DNA of 64,000 nucleotides from Octopus sinensis (taxonomy: Eukaryota), in assembly GCF_006345805.1 (NCBI RefSeq), contig NC_043009.1, positions 65,410,001 through 65,474,000 of the forward strand, written 5' to 3'. The notes beneath the pieces were generated by a model. The model had not been told where the DNA came from. It saw only the letters and a program-made list of their open reading frames with translations, and made no database searches. Below are positions 49,855-63,724 of the stretch, in pieces. The first letter of the stretch is position 1. Each line of letters opens with the position of its first letter. Both the position numbers and the translations under genes were made by a program.

Positions 49855-52690
49855 TATATGCGTAAAAATGAATGTTTTAAAATTCTTTATTAAATTTCTT
49901 ACTGATATGGTGGGTGGCGGTTGGACGAGAAATACCGAATGAAAATAACAGCTATCGAACAGATTGGTACTCGAAATACAGACATTATGATTTGAAATCA
50001 GTTTTAATTTTAGTGTACACGGGTTACTAGATTCAAACTCTTAATGTATACCTTACGCTATGAATATGTTTGTGTGTGTGTGTGTTCATTTAGGTGTTTG
50101 TGTGTTTATGTAGGTGTTTGTGTATGTATATGTGGGTGCACCCACGTATATACAAATGTAGATCTACATCGAAATAGACATAAATATGTATTTGTTTAAT
50201 ATATTTGTGTGAAGTTGATGGTATTGTGCTTTTAGAGTATGCTCCCACCTATGATACATGCACTTGTTTTATAATCAATTAATTAGATAATTAGTAAACT
50301 AAGTAATTAACTTAATGCTATTAATGGTTTGTCAAAGTTCTTCCTACGTAATCTTTGATACTATCGACGAGGATATCACCTCTCACACTTTCTTCGCCAC
50401 TATCTCACACATCTCTGCTGTTTCTGTATGATTGACTACAGGTCCATACTTAGAGAGAGAGAGAGATTGTGTGTGTATGTGTATGTGTTGTGTGTATGTG
50501 TGTGTGTGTTTGTTTCTGTGTGTGTGTGAGTGATTTTAATTGAAGTGGTGGTGGTAGTGGTGTTGATATTAATACATCTACCGCTGCTTTCTGTGTTTTG
50601 TTTACGACGATGAATTCTACTATGTGTCATCGCAGATTTCTTTTGCAGATCTTCTGTGGTTCTTTTGGACTTTAAACTCATTCAAACCTATACAAATCTG
50701 AGTACATATATAATTTTGTGTGTCTGCAGCGATATACATGCATGCATCAATATATATGAGTGTCTCTCTATGCGTATTTGTTTCGATGCAGGAGTTGTTA
50801 TTTCAATTTTCTTACTGCTCTATTGTATTAAGTTCTGTTATATTTTGTCGTATCGTATAATATAATGTGCAATATATTATGTCGCATCATAATGTATTTC
50901 ATCTTTTGACGAGACATTTACATTCGCCGAGAAGATGGTCTCAACAAAAATGCCAGACGTTTTCTCCTTCTACCATACAACAATAACTTGCCTGCGTTGC
51001 TTCAAATGGATTGCAGTTCTATTGGAATGTCCCACGAATACATATATTTTAAATACGTTGTGAATACAATCTGACTTTGATGCGATTTCTTATTGTCTAT
51101 CAGAATAATCATTTTTGAATATCGAATTGTAGACGGTTTTAGCGACAATGCCGTATAATGGGATGCTAGCATGATGCAGATAATCTTTGTATAACTGATG
51201 ATGATACAAAGAATATCTGGCTCACTGGCAAGGTCCAAACGGCAGGATTACGCAACAAAATTTCTCTAAAAATCTACATATGTTGGGGTTCTCCGCAAAA
51301 GAAATGACCAAACGGATTGGCATTTTTTAAGTACAATCAATTTGAGCTTTAGTGAAAATTTGTATAACTCATGGATACAATGACATACATGTTTAGAATA
51401 CAAATACAGAGAGAAACAATAATGAGACACACACACACATACCTGTGTACTAAAGTGGCATGCACACCTGCTACAGCAGTGAAAATTTATGCATGTATAC
51501 ATAGAGACGCACATACATATCACTTTGAAATAAATAAATATTGAGAATTCTCCTGCTATTGAATACATAGAATAAGCATGAACAAGAGAAATACTGGTGA
51601 AACATTTCCACCAAACATGTGTGAAGTGTAAATATCACAGGCTGGATATTTTTCTTTCGTCCAGACAAAAAAAAAATGTTTGTACCGTCATAGAGGTCAG
51701 CTGATCTGCTGATGTGAATAAACCCTTGAAAATCAAAAAGAAAGAAGATTACTATGGACGACTGCTCTAAAACTTTCAGCTTCTATATAAAGATTATAAA
51801 TTCTCATTTATACCAATAACAATTGGTGTACCGGTTTTGTGAGTAAATGCCTAAGCGACAATCTGGATAAGGTAGGATAATTTGGATAATCTGGATAAGC
51901 TATGTTTTCAGAAATTCGAGTATTGTACATATAATCTGTAAGTGGAACAATAAAAATATGCAAAACTTTCTCCAAGTTTAAAATGCAGCATTGTTTTTGT
52001 TATCTACATTTCATCGATTGTATTTTGGTTATAAACCAGCTCTTGCCTCAGAAATAGGATTCAATCATGCATATTTCTATGCACACACTAAACCAATTCA
52101 GATAACCAACACACAGCAAAAATTTGTCTTTATGTAAACAAATGAGTATTGCCACTTTGATAGTGATGGGACCAAATTCTGAAAAGGGATAAAATAATTG
52201 CCCCGCCAACGCACAAAACATATAAACCCAGCCAGGTTTCATAAAAGAAATTTGCTTAACGCTTGGTTGTGTACCTATCTCTTTCTCTCTCTTTCTCTCT
52301 CTCTCCACACACACACACACACACACACATTCACATGCACATACACATATATGCACAAACACACACACACATATACACACACACACGTACATATACATGA
52401 AATAATAGATGAAATGAACGCCTTCTACGCGCTTCACGTTACTTGAAGTTACGTGGAGCGAAGTCAAATTTTGGTTCAATTAAATAACGGTAATTCCAAC
52501 AAAACGTGTGAGAACTATTTTCCTTCTTTTGGTCACTTACTTGTGCGCGCACGCGAACATTTGTGTGAGTGTATACGTGTATATATATATTTGTATATAT
52601 ATATATATATATATAGATACACACTACAGTACATATAGCAAAAACAATATTCATAAACGCAACTATATATATTAATATAGATATAATATG

Positions 52691-52735
<45 letters not shown>

Positions 52736-52814
52736 TATATACACATATATATATATGTGTGTATATATATGTATATATTATATACATATATATACACACA
52801 TAATATATAATATA

Positions 52815-52878
<64 letters not shown>

Positions 52879-52903
52879 TGCTCATGTGACTGTAGGCATT
52901 TCC

Positions 52904-52935
<32 letters not shown>

Positions 52936-53342
52936 CATGAGCATTCATATGTGTATACACGTAACACGGACACCTAATGAAGAAATGAATTAACGTTTTA
53001 TTCAGCGCTGTTGCGTTCTTGCACCGAAATTGACCTGTTGGGTCACGTGGTAATCACCTCGCTGAACCAATGGCATTTACTCTAGAATTACTTCCGCATA
53101 CAAGGTTACAAGTCACATGACATTTTAATTTCATTCACTTCCCGAAAACTTATTGGTTGCCTCTCTCTATACATAGCGTTGTTTATGTATCTGACTTCAT
53201 TTTGCTTTTTGACGTCCCTATATTTGTTATGTACACTGTGTGTACGTGTGTGTGTGTGTGTGTGTGTATGTCTAAATACATATGTCATACATTCACATAT
53301 GTATGCCTATATATGTATACATACACACACACATATAGGTAT

Positions 53343-53408
<66 letters not shown>

Positions 53409-53904
53409 TAGATATAGTGAGGGAGGAGAGTGTGAAAGGTGGATATATATATATTATATATATATTATATATATATATATATAGTGTGTGTGTGTGTATA
53501 CATATACGTGTATCTAGAGGTGTATGTATGAATACATAAGCCCACTGTCTTACACACACACACAAACACACCTGCACACACACACACACTCACACTGTCT
53601 CTCTCTCTCGCTCTCTTTTTCTCTTGCACACGTGCGCGCACGCGCACACACGCAGGAATACAACATTTTCTCTCTCTTTCTTTTTCTCTCTCTCTCTCTC
53701 TTTCTCTCTTTCCCTCTCTCTCTCACATACACACTCAGGCCCACGACTTACCTTTCCTCTGCTTCCATACCACCTGCTGTGGGCGTTTATATAGCAACGT
53801 GGTTTTCCTATCACCGGCCTCTCAGGCAATGGGGACATCACAGAATCTACGAGCAGATCGATACATCTCGATTGGTTGGCCTTTGTAATTGGCTAGTTTG
53901 AAGT

Positions 53905-54157
53905 AATAGTAATGGTGGTGGCGGTGGTGGCGGTGGTGGTCTTGGTGCTGGTCGTCGTCGTGGGGTGATGACGGGATGAGTGTGTCGGTGGTAGTAATGA
54001 TATTGGCGGTGGTGCTGGTGGTGGAAATGAAGATGTTCAGAGTGATGAGTAATCAGTGACGAGTAATTAGTGGTAGTAATGGTGTTGATAAGGCTGATAG
54101 TAGTGACTGTTTGTGTTGGGTATGTATGCCTGTGACGACGACGACTATGCTGATGAC

Positions 54158-54191
<34 letters not shown>

Positions 54192-54990
54192 TTGATGATG
54201 ATGATGATGGTGATGGTGATGATGATGATGGTGATGGTGATGATGATGATGATGATTATGATGATGATGATGATGTTGATGATGATGATGATGGTGATGG
54301 TGATGATGATGGTGATGATTATGATGATGGTGATGGTGATGATGAAGATGGTGATGGTGATGATGATGATGATGATTATGATGATGATGATGATGATGAT
54401 GATGATGGTGATGGCGATGATTATGTTAGTAGTGTTGAGGGTTGAGGTAGTAACAAAAATAGGAGAAATGGTGGTGGCATAAGTGGTGGAGTTCGGGTTG
54501 TTGGTGGTAGTATGGGTGGTAGTATTTGTGCTGGTGTTGAAGCTGAAGACGTTGGCAGTGGTGGTGGTGGTGATGGTGGTGGCGGCGTTGGTGTGAGTGA
54601 ATTAGTTGATGTGGTGTTTGCGATGGTAATGGTACAGAGAGTGACAGTTGTGTTTGTGGTGTCGGTAGTGGTGATAGTGGTGGTGCCGGTGGTGGTGGTG
54701 TTAGTGTTTGGGATTGAAGTTTTGATGGAGCTTTTGGTGATGGTGATAGTGGTGGTGGCGGTGGTGGCGGAGGTGGTATTGACGATGGGTGGTGTTGTGC
54801 TAATATGACAATGGTGGGTGTGGTGGGTTGGTCATAATGAATGATATCATGTTGTTGCTGGCGGTGGTGGTGTTGGTGGTGGTGGTGATGGTGCGTGAGG
54901 AGGTGGTAAAATTAGTATCAGTTGTAACGATGATAGTTGTCTTGTTAATGGTGATGATGCTGTTGCTGCTGTTGTTGTTGTTATTGAGGT
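53905..54990. repeat. Compound (GGT)/(GAT)n low-complexity tract
   Basis: Directly visible. It is the source of the poly-D/M/V ORFs. Confidence 0.9.
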
Positions 54991-57330
54991 TGTATGGTAT
55001 TTCGTATACTGTTAGTCTTTCTTCTACATTCTGGTTAAAAGTATGTCAAGCATCCTTGGTCATTAATGCTCCCTTTTCGCCATTATTTCCTGCAAGATTT
55101 GAACTTAAATATCAACAGGTGGATGAGTTTTGAAGCAAGCAGACGAAGGATTGCGTAGGAACTTCTTCTGAAAAGTTTTTCAAATGCTTATTTGTTTGTT
55201 TGTTTGTTTTACTTCAGCAAACAAGAGACAAGTAAACTACCATTGCCTGTGTCGACAGATAATTTTATATGTAAGTATGGATGCGATTATGTGCGCTCGC
55301 GTTGATGGATACGTGTACCTGGGCGTATAGGGATGCGTACAATGTACTCCCCCGCTTCAGGTCACAAATATGATATGCTAGGTCTTAGAGGAAGAATAAA
55401 TTTTGAATCTGATACCCTAACCCCCTTAAAGACATCATCCCGGCTCACTTCCCCATCACTACCATAACCCGTTCGTGTTGTAGTCGTTGCTGTTGCTATT
55501 AATATTGTCGTTATTGTTTTTATCATTGAGCCTTGATCGCTTCAGTGTTGCTTCTCAAAGTAGTTTTATGTATTTATCAAAAGATCAAAAGTCTTTGACT
55601 TGATCCATCAGTGCTTTATCAAGACACATTCAGTAAAGAACGCAAAAAATTGTGACCAACGGTGACATTACAACAGATATGGATGCCCAAACAGTCTTTG
55701 AGTTTTAGCTAATTGATTCTTTTGGTTGAACTTTGATACTGAAATGGCACGAGATAGTCTTTGCAACTCTTCAGTGTCTAATTTTCGCTCAATGTCTCTA
55801 GAGATCTTCTTATATATTCGGTTTCCTTAATACATCTCTTCAAATCAAAAAACACAATTTAACCAATCAGCGAGCTGATACCAGATAAGTTTTGCTCTAT
55901 TTATGTTTATGAGCATCTGGTGACTGTATATATAGTATTTGTGTGCACGATAGCCTGTTCTATAAATACAAATTTGTTAAAAAGCTCCATGCTGTAGTTA
56001 TATATTCTGAAAATAAAAGACTCAACCGAAAGATTTTTCTTAGGGAGGAATTTTGGAACTAATTCTATTGATATCACAAGTGGGGTTTTGAAACAACAGC
56101 TAGTGATGCTATATTTTAAGTCACCTGTATATTTTATTTACTGGCAAACTCTTTATTTCATCTTACCTGCATTTAGCATTTAAAGTGAAGCGGAATTAGT
56201 TTTTGTTGATTGTACTTATTTTGAAAATATCCGGTAAGTCTTTCCTGAATCATTTTTTTCAAATGACCCTATAAAATCAAATATTTCCAGTTAACTAATC
56301 TTTGCTCCATAATAACTTTTCCTTAGCTACATCGAAAAATCTCTTCACAATTGCGTTTAGCCCAAAATAAATCGCCAAAGAAAAACAATAATTTTAATAT
56401 CAATATCGTTAATGTCAAAGAATTAATGACCAAACGGTAAAGCTTTTAGAGGAAATAGTTTAGTGATTGAAAGATAAAAACCTCACTCTATCAATCTGAG
56501 TAAGTTTTCAATTATGCTTATAGTATGTTGTTAAATCACTTTGTTACCGACGAAATGGAACTCAACCAGATGATTGTATAATTTCTAGATTAATGGAAGC
56601 GAAAATAAATTTACTAATTTTATGTAATTCACTTCTTTTCAGGATTAATGAGTCTACACCCGGGATTAGCTAAAAGGTTATCCTTATTTTCTCTCATGGC
56701 TGTATTGCGTTGGCGCTTAGCCAGACATACGACTCTATCATCCATCATAATTTCGGACGTTAGTGTAGAGGATTCTAAACTGATATTGATGATATGACTC
56801 TTGTTTTGTATGGTTTTATTTCGTAATTTGAAATTACAAAGCAGCAATAGATGTAGATGCTGGAATAAAGTGAAACAGATAAACAGATTGATGAAAGATA
56901 GATAGTCATATAACGACAGGCATTAATACGCAGACCGTGTATGTATTATATATATATATATGTGCGTTTATATCGATAGAGAGATAGATAAAGAAAGAGA
57001 GAGATAGCGATTGGTAAATACGTCACTAGACAGATTGTAAGATAGACACATACAGAGGGATATGTGTGTGTTTCTGTGTGTGTGCTTGTGTGTGAATGCG
57101 TATGTGGTAGTTTTATGCGTGAATAAGTGTATTTTTGATGTCTACGTACGACCCAATCAGATATGACGTATAAGCCGAGTCGGAAACCAATGTTTAATTC
57201 ACTCTGCACAACGAAAACTGCCACTCATCCGGCTTCACAACTTTCTCTCTTTGCTTCATACTCGACGCCTTCATTCTGATCTAACATATCTCTCTTTCTC
57301 TCCTCTCTCTCTCTCTCTTCTCTCTCTTAT

Positions 57331-57362
<32 letters not shown>

Positions 57363-58029
57363 ATATCTATATATATATATCTATATGTATATGTATACGA
57401 GCAACCCTCCCGCCGTCCAATGGACGGTGCTTGAGTTGTCAAACATTTAAACCAAATTTTCTCTAAACAACGTGTCCGACCGTCCCATAGGCCTCCCCTT
57501 TGAGAAACACTGATTTAACCTAAATTTGAGACACCAGGAAAAGAAGAAATAAAGATAGACTTATTTTCTGTTCCAAAGAAAACCGATTTTATTCACACAA
57601 ATATGCAACCGAAGAGTTTAAAGTGCCAGTAATGATAAGGCTGTTGACTGGGAGAACACAAACATGGTTTAAACAGTAAGCTTGGCAGGAAAGAACCGTG
57701 CCTTTAAGCAGTACAAAAACAACAAAAAATGGAAGGTGCAGTTATGTACAGGTTGACGGAAGAAAAACAGGAGAAAAACTATGCATGCAAATGGGTTAGC
57801 TGGAGGTAAATCTAGATGGAAAAGCATGATGAATTTATGAGAACGTACTGGGACAATAACAAGTTTATCCGATAAAACATGTAGGAAATCAACTTGGATC
57901 GATTTTGGATGGAAAGCAACAACCTAGGGAACTGAGTAACTAATTTTAAACTAACTTACTTTAAAGGATGTTCAAGGGCATGGAAAAGCTAGTGGAGTGC
58001 AGCCTTGTAAACCACATTCCTGATGTACT

Positions 58030-58220
58030 TGCGCGTACAAATGCACGTTCCCACAGCTTTATCGATTGCATTCTCACCTGGAATCGATGTTTGTAATTTT
58101 TTCAAGACTTATACACACCCTGATACCGTCGGTATCTACAAATCAAATTTGAGGGCAATCGGATGGAGGATGCCCGAGATCCTAGAAGACACACACACAG
58201 ACAGACGGAACGGATTTTAT
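58030..58220 (+). mobile_element. Possible non-autonomous Helitron/Helentron-like 3' end
   Basis: caaatttgagggcaatcggatg...gatcctagaagacacacacacagacagac...ttttatata resembles DINE/HINE-type termini (resemblance only). Confidence 0.3.
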
Positions 58221-58414
58221 ATAATATATGTATATATATATATATATAAAGTATAGAAGCCATCTTATCATGGCTAACCACATTGGGGAGGTGTGTTACT
58301 GTAGCTTTATATCCTCAATAGATCTTCGTCTCTAGCTGGCTTTAGACACAATATCTGTGTCCTTGGAGTATTTGCAAAGGGAGGCCATCCCTTCCTCGCA
58401 AGCCTGAGTGATAC

Positions 58415-58455
58415 GCTCGAACTAGTTTCGGGATTGTTGTCCCTCGTCAACGGGC
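58415..58455 (-). ncRNA. Minimal hammerhead motif, C3U variant, within an unclassified repeat (~58260-58530)
   Basis: Minus strand: GCCCG-UUGACGA-GGGA-caacaa-UCCC-GAA-ACUAGU-U/CGAGC. Stem I 4/5, stem II perfect, palindromic ACUAGU. Confidence 0.6.
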
Positions 58456-58530
58456 GGTAACCACCAGGTAGCGATGAAAGTGAAGGCTCCTTTGCAAATA
58501 TATATGTTTTTCTAATGGCTTCTGCCACTG

Positions 58531-58607
<77 letters not shown>

Positions 58608-59692
58608 ATTCGAGACAAAACCACTATTTTAAAACCAAACAAGGAAAACTTAATCAATACATAAAATTTTAATATAATTAAATAAATAAAATAAATATAT
58701 ATCTGTCTATATAACTATCTCCATTATATCTCACGACCGCATACCACCATCTATCTAGCTTTCAGTCTGCCTGTTTGTCTGAGGTTACAGCATGTATATA
58801 TTCTTATGCATTAGTCGAAGAACGTAGAGCAGCATCCATAATATTTTAAAGAATTCTGAGAATGATGGCTGAGGTGTTGGAAGAGATGCGAGTTCCGGTT
58901 AAAATTTTGGAAGAATTTAGGTTATACTAAAATACCAATAGTAAACACACTTGCTTTAAATTAGATCGCGGTTAAACTCGCCGCCTAAAATAATCAACGT
59001 TTAATTAATGAATGGCAATGTTTCTTGTCATGATCGCTATCTCAGTCTAAAGACAGAGAGTGGGGGAAGAAGAATTAAATGAATTAAGGCAAGCCCAAGG
59101 TGGAACAAAACTACACAACTCTTGCAGGAACCAGGAAATGCAGGATTGAACGGATAAGAATTATTTCTTTTACAACTTATCCACCGCCCACATCTAAATG
59201 TATTGCTGCTCTGAAGATAGGCAAATCGAAATTCCAGAATAACCATCGAGATAAATTCAGTCGTGGAAATTGTTGAAACACGTTCACTTTCAGGTTTACT
59301 TTCCCGGCTTAAATCCCATCCTGGATGTAATATATTTTATTTTATTAAGATCGATGTAATAACTGCCAATATTAATTCTGTCGATCTGTAATTCTGAGAC
59401 CATCTTTAGGGTCTTGTTTCGTAACAGAACTGAGCTTTTTTTTCTTAAAAGGTGACAGTGAGCAAAATGCACGCATACATATACATGCACGTAGACAAAG
59501 GTGTGTTTGTATGTATGCACGTTAATATGTGCGTGTGTGTAGAAAAACAGCCAGATGAAAAATTTTTGGTATTAGTCATTCTTCATTACACGTGTTACGT
59601 TTGCTAATAGGTATAAAGATTTTACAAAGATTTATGTGTTATATAAATATGTAACTAATTTCCTACAGGAAATTCGTCAGAGAAAATTGAAG

Positions 59693-59693
<1 letters not shown>

Positions 59694-59778
<85 letters not shown>
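59694..59778. repeat. Pure (CA)n microsatellite
   Basis: Directly visible. Confidence 0.95.
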
Positions 59779-59780
<2 letters not shown>

Positions 59781-60027
59781 CGATATTAATAATTCCATTG
59801 ATAGTGACTTCAGCAATACATTTCAACCAAATGGTCCTAAGGTGGCCTCCGTGATGTGGGATCAAACTCAGTGTGATTTTATTGAAAAGGAAAGATCTTG
59901 ACAGATTACACAACACACAAACCCTCAAAGACATTCAAACTGACCATCGGTCAATGAAGTAAACAAATAGAAAACGGCAGCAAAATAAAATAAAGCTTCT
60001 CCTTTATAAATATGTGGTTTAGCAATT

Positions 60028-60607
60028 CACTCGTACTCCAGGCACAAGGCCCGAAATTTTGGGAGAGGGTGCCGGTCGATTGTATCGTTCCCAGCACGCA
60101 ACTGGTACTTAATTTATCGACCCTGAAAGGATGAATGGCAAAGTCAACCGCGCAGCATTTGAACTCAGAACTTAAAGACAGACGAAATACCTATTTCTTT
60201 ACTACCCACAAGGGGCTAAACACAGGGAGGACGAACAAGGACAGACAAACGGATTAAGTCGATTACATCGAATCCAGTGCGTAACTGGTATTTATTTAAT
60301 CGACCCCGAAAGGATGAAAGGCAAAGTTGACCTCGGCAGAATTTGAACTCAGAACGTAGCGGCAGACGAAATACCTATTTCTTTACTACCCACAAGGGGC
60401 TAAACACAGAGGGGACAAACAAGGACAGACAAACGGATTAAGTCGATTATATCGACCCCAGTGCGTAACTGGTACTTATTTAATCGACCCCGAAAGGATG
60501 AAAGGCAAAGTCGACCTCGGTGGCATTTGAACTCAGAACGTAACGGCAGACGAAATACCACAAAGCATTTCGCCCGGCGTGCTAACGTTTCTGCCAGCCG
60601 GCCGCCT
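60028..60607 (-). mobile_element. SINE family B with three tandem body units (184-bp period), flanked by a TSD
   Basis: gacgaaatac occurs at 60181, 60365 and 60549, with a single head at the right end. tatgtggtttagcaatt (60011) and tatgtggttttagcaatt (60608) flank it. Confidence 0.92.
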
Positions 60608-61050
60608 TATGTGGTTTTAGCAATTAAGTAAGAAAAGTCACTTTTCGAAGTCTAGCATTAAACTGGCCTTTCTTTATGTTTTCATTGTGAAACAATTTAT
60701 TATAAACTTGCAACCGATAAATGACATTTGAATCCACGTTGACTAACTCTCTTTACGCAACATCGTGGATCGAATGATGTCTCCCTTTAGACCCTGCCGT
60801 TGCTGATTTCTATATGTGAAATGTACAATTGTTCATAAGTTAATAAATTGTATGCTGCTGTCAAGGACGCACATCAGTTATTACACATGGATGATTAGAG
60901 AAAGACGCAGTCTGTATTTGTTTACTATATATACATACGTATATATATATATTATATATTATATAATATATATAATATATATATATATATATTATATATA
61001 TATATGTATATATGTATGTATGTATAGTAAAATAATACAGACTGTATCTT

Positions 61051-61135
<85 letters not shown>

Positions 61136-61488
61136 TGGAAGCGCAATGGCCTAGCGTTTTAGGGCAGCGATTCGCAGTCATAGGATCACGGATTCGATTC
61201 CCAAACCGGGCATTGTGAGTGTTTATTGAGCGAAAACACTTAAAGCGACATGAGGCTGTACTCTTCCACTACAACTTTCTCTCACTCTTTCTTCCTGTTT
61301 CTGTTGAACCTGTATTTCAAAGAGCCAGCCCTGTCACACTCTATGTAACGCTGAATCTTCACGAGAACTACTTTAAGAGTGTACGTGTCTGTGGAGTGCT
61401 CAGCCACTTGTACCTTAATTTCACGAACAGGCTGCTCCGTTGATAGGATCAACTGGAACCCTCGTCGACGTAACGGACGGAGGGCCGT
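61136..61488 (+). mobile_element. tRNA-derived SINE family C, full length
   Basis: A-box-like tggcctagcg, B-box-like ggattcgattccc, then a unique body. Inserted between (AT)n tracts. Confidence 0.75.
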
Positions 61489-61520
61489 AGTATTATATAT
61501 ATATATATATTATATATATA

Positions 61521-61559
<39 letters not shown>

Positions 61560-63684
61560 TATATATATATTAATTTAATACACAACCAAGAGAGCTATTG
61601 ATAGTTTCATGCTTTTATGATACTCTAACTAGACATATTTATAGAATACACCATATATCTCCAAGCAATATTTCAGATTTTGTTTATGCGTTAGATATAT
61701 TTGAAAAACAAGGAGGCTGGACAGGAAGGAAATACGAAAAACGGGAAAAAAGTGAAAAAACGTGAAGGTGATTGATGAAAAAAAATGGAAAACTTTTTAT
61801 ATCTTTGCTAATCCATGGTAAGAGAGGGCCACCTACTTGCCGGGTGCTAATCGCCCGGAGCATTTCTCAAAAATGGACGTATTCCAAGAGGTGACTCTAC
61901 ATTCCGAGTTCATAGACAAAAAAATTTTGAACGCTGTTGGATCATTTTGGTTTAGGCTCACTTAATCGGAAATAAAGTGACAAGTGCCTATATGCATGTA
62001 TATTGTGTGTGTGTGTTTGTGTGTGTGTGAGTTGTATGTGATGTAAGCACTACAGTCAAATGTAACTCTATGCAATATTCTACATTGTGTGTCTGTCACT
62101 GAATAAAACGAAAGCACCACCAAAGCTGCTTGGTGAGGAGAATGGTCTATGGAAAGCCAACTGGCAACCAATAAGGTGTACGCTTGCGTATATACATGAA
62201 CGTGCAAATGTACGAATATTTGTATCTTTATATTTGTATGTAAATTAGACAGAGAGAAGGATATTATTGGTTGAATCCTGCGACATTTGTAATCTCGCGC
62301 CATTTCGCTTTTCGTTTTAAAACTTTAGTTGGGTTGCTTCAAATGTTCAGAGATTGGCAGGCATATTGCCCCAGGTTTTGCCCCTATAGAATGTTACGTG
62401 GGTTTTCTTTGTGCACATCATCACTTCCAAAGCAAATTAAGATTCAAAATTATTGGAACTCCGGTAACATTTGGCTGGAGTGTGGGAGGTAAAACTGCGG
62501 GCATTCTATATGTGCGAATATCTCCGTGTTAGTGATGGCTTCTAACAGTTGCGAACGATGTTAGACAGAATGAGAAAAACAGCGTAAAGGCGGAAATACT
62601 CGACAGCTTATTGACTTCCACCATAGACGCATACAAAAACACATTCCATAGTAGATGTGCCATTTGCTATGCGTTGCCAATGGTGTTACGTCACTGTTCA
62701 TGGCTAGCGATACGATTCGTAGCATGTAGGAGGTGCATATGCGAATAATGTTTGTCCTTTTCAAGGATTTTTCTAAGATCTGTTTACACCAGTTTGAATG
62801 CAAAGTGGCAGATTATGTCAATTGACAAACAACTTCCATGTGTGTGTGTGTGTAAGTGTGTATGCGCGCGTATTTGTGTGTCTGTGTGTGTGTGGCCGTG
62901 TGTGCACTGGCGCGCACGTGCGTGTGTGTGGTTATCATGCAATATGAACGATAGTGTCAGACTACAATATTTTACTACGCAAAGTGTATTCGTTTTAGAA
63001 GATATTGTCCTTCCTGAAAGATTCTGAGACAATGAGAGAGAGAGGAGAGAGAGAGAGAGAGAGAGAGAAAGAAACAGACAGACAGACAGACAGAGACAGA
63101 CGGCCAGACAAGGAGATATTTAGTGCGTGGATTGATTTCAGAAGGACGAATGCCAAAATTTTGAATCGTTGGAATAAGAACTCAAAGCCCAGGCATGGAA
63201 TGAATAACGCCACTCATTTGACTGACGCTCCAAAGTTTCGTTCATCTCGAACTTCTGTCACGTACTTGCATTGTCTTACCTCTCTGCCAATGCTACAATA
63301 TAACAGTGGCATTTAAATCCCAGTACAGCTTGGACGCGAACTAATTCCATTTAGTTATCCTTGTCCTTGAGACTGTATGTATGTCTTTGATTTTCAGTCT
63401 TTTCGCTCAGCATTTTTGCACCCACTTTCACGTTTTGTTTTACCCGTTTTTTTTCTGATGTTCTCTCATACACCAGCGGCCCTGGTTTTTAAATACATCG
63501 AACGTTATGAACTGAACTGGAAGGTTTGTTTGGAGATTCATGGCACAATACACAAATCTGTTACTTTTATATATCTTAAAGCATGATACTATTAGCGGCT
63601 CTTTTGTGATGGTGTATATTAAATGACATTTATCGCACACCGGATGGTCTACATTTTTGTTGATCCTACCCAAATGGAATTGTA

Positions 63685-63723
<39 letters not shown>

Positions 63724-63724
<1 letters not shown>

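Noticed and set aside
57499-57512. tttgagaaacactg, a hAT-like TIR
   Set aside because: No partner TIR was found nearby, so element boundaries cannot be supported.
59205-59295. CUGAAGA ... GAAACACGUU
   Set aside because: No closing stem II pair and no stem I complementarity.
60181-60560. Regularly spaced repeats as a CRISPR-like array
   Set aside because: These are whole 184-bp tandem SINE units without unique spacers, in a eukaryotic context with no cas genes.
62329-62532. 67-aa ORF with C/H residues (GCFKC...HHH)
   Set aside because: Spacing does not fit a zinc finger or knuckle, the start is non-ATG, and there is no supporting context.
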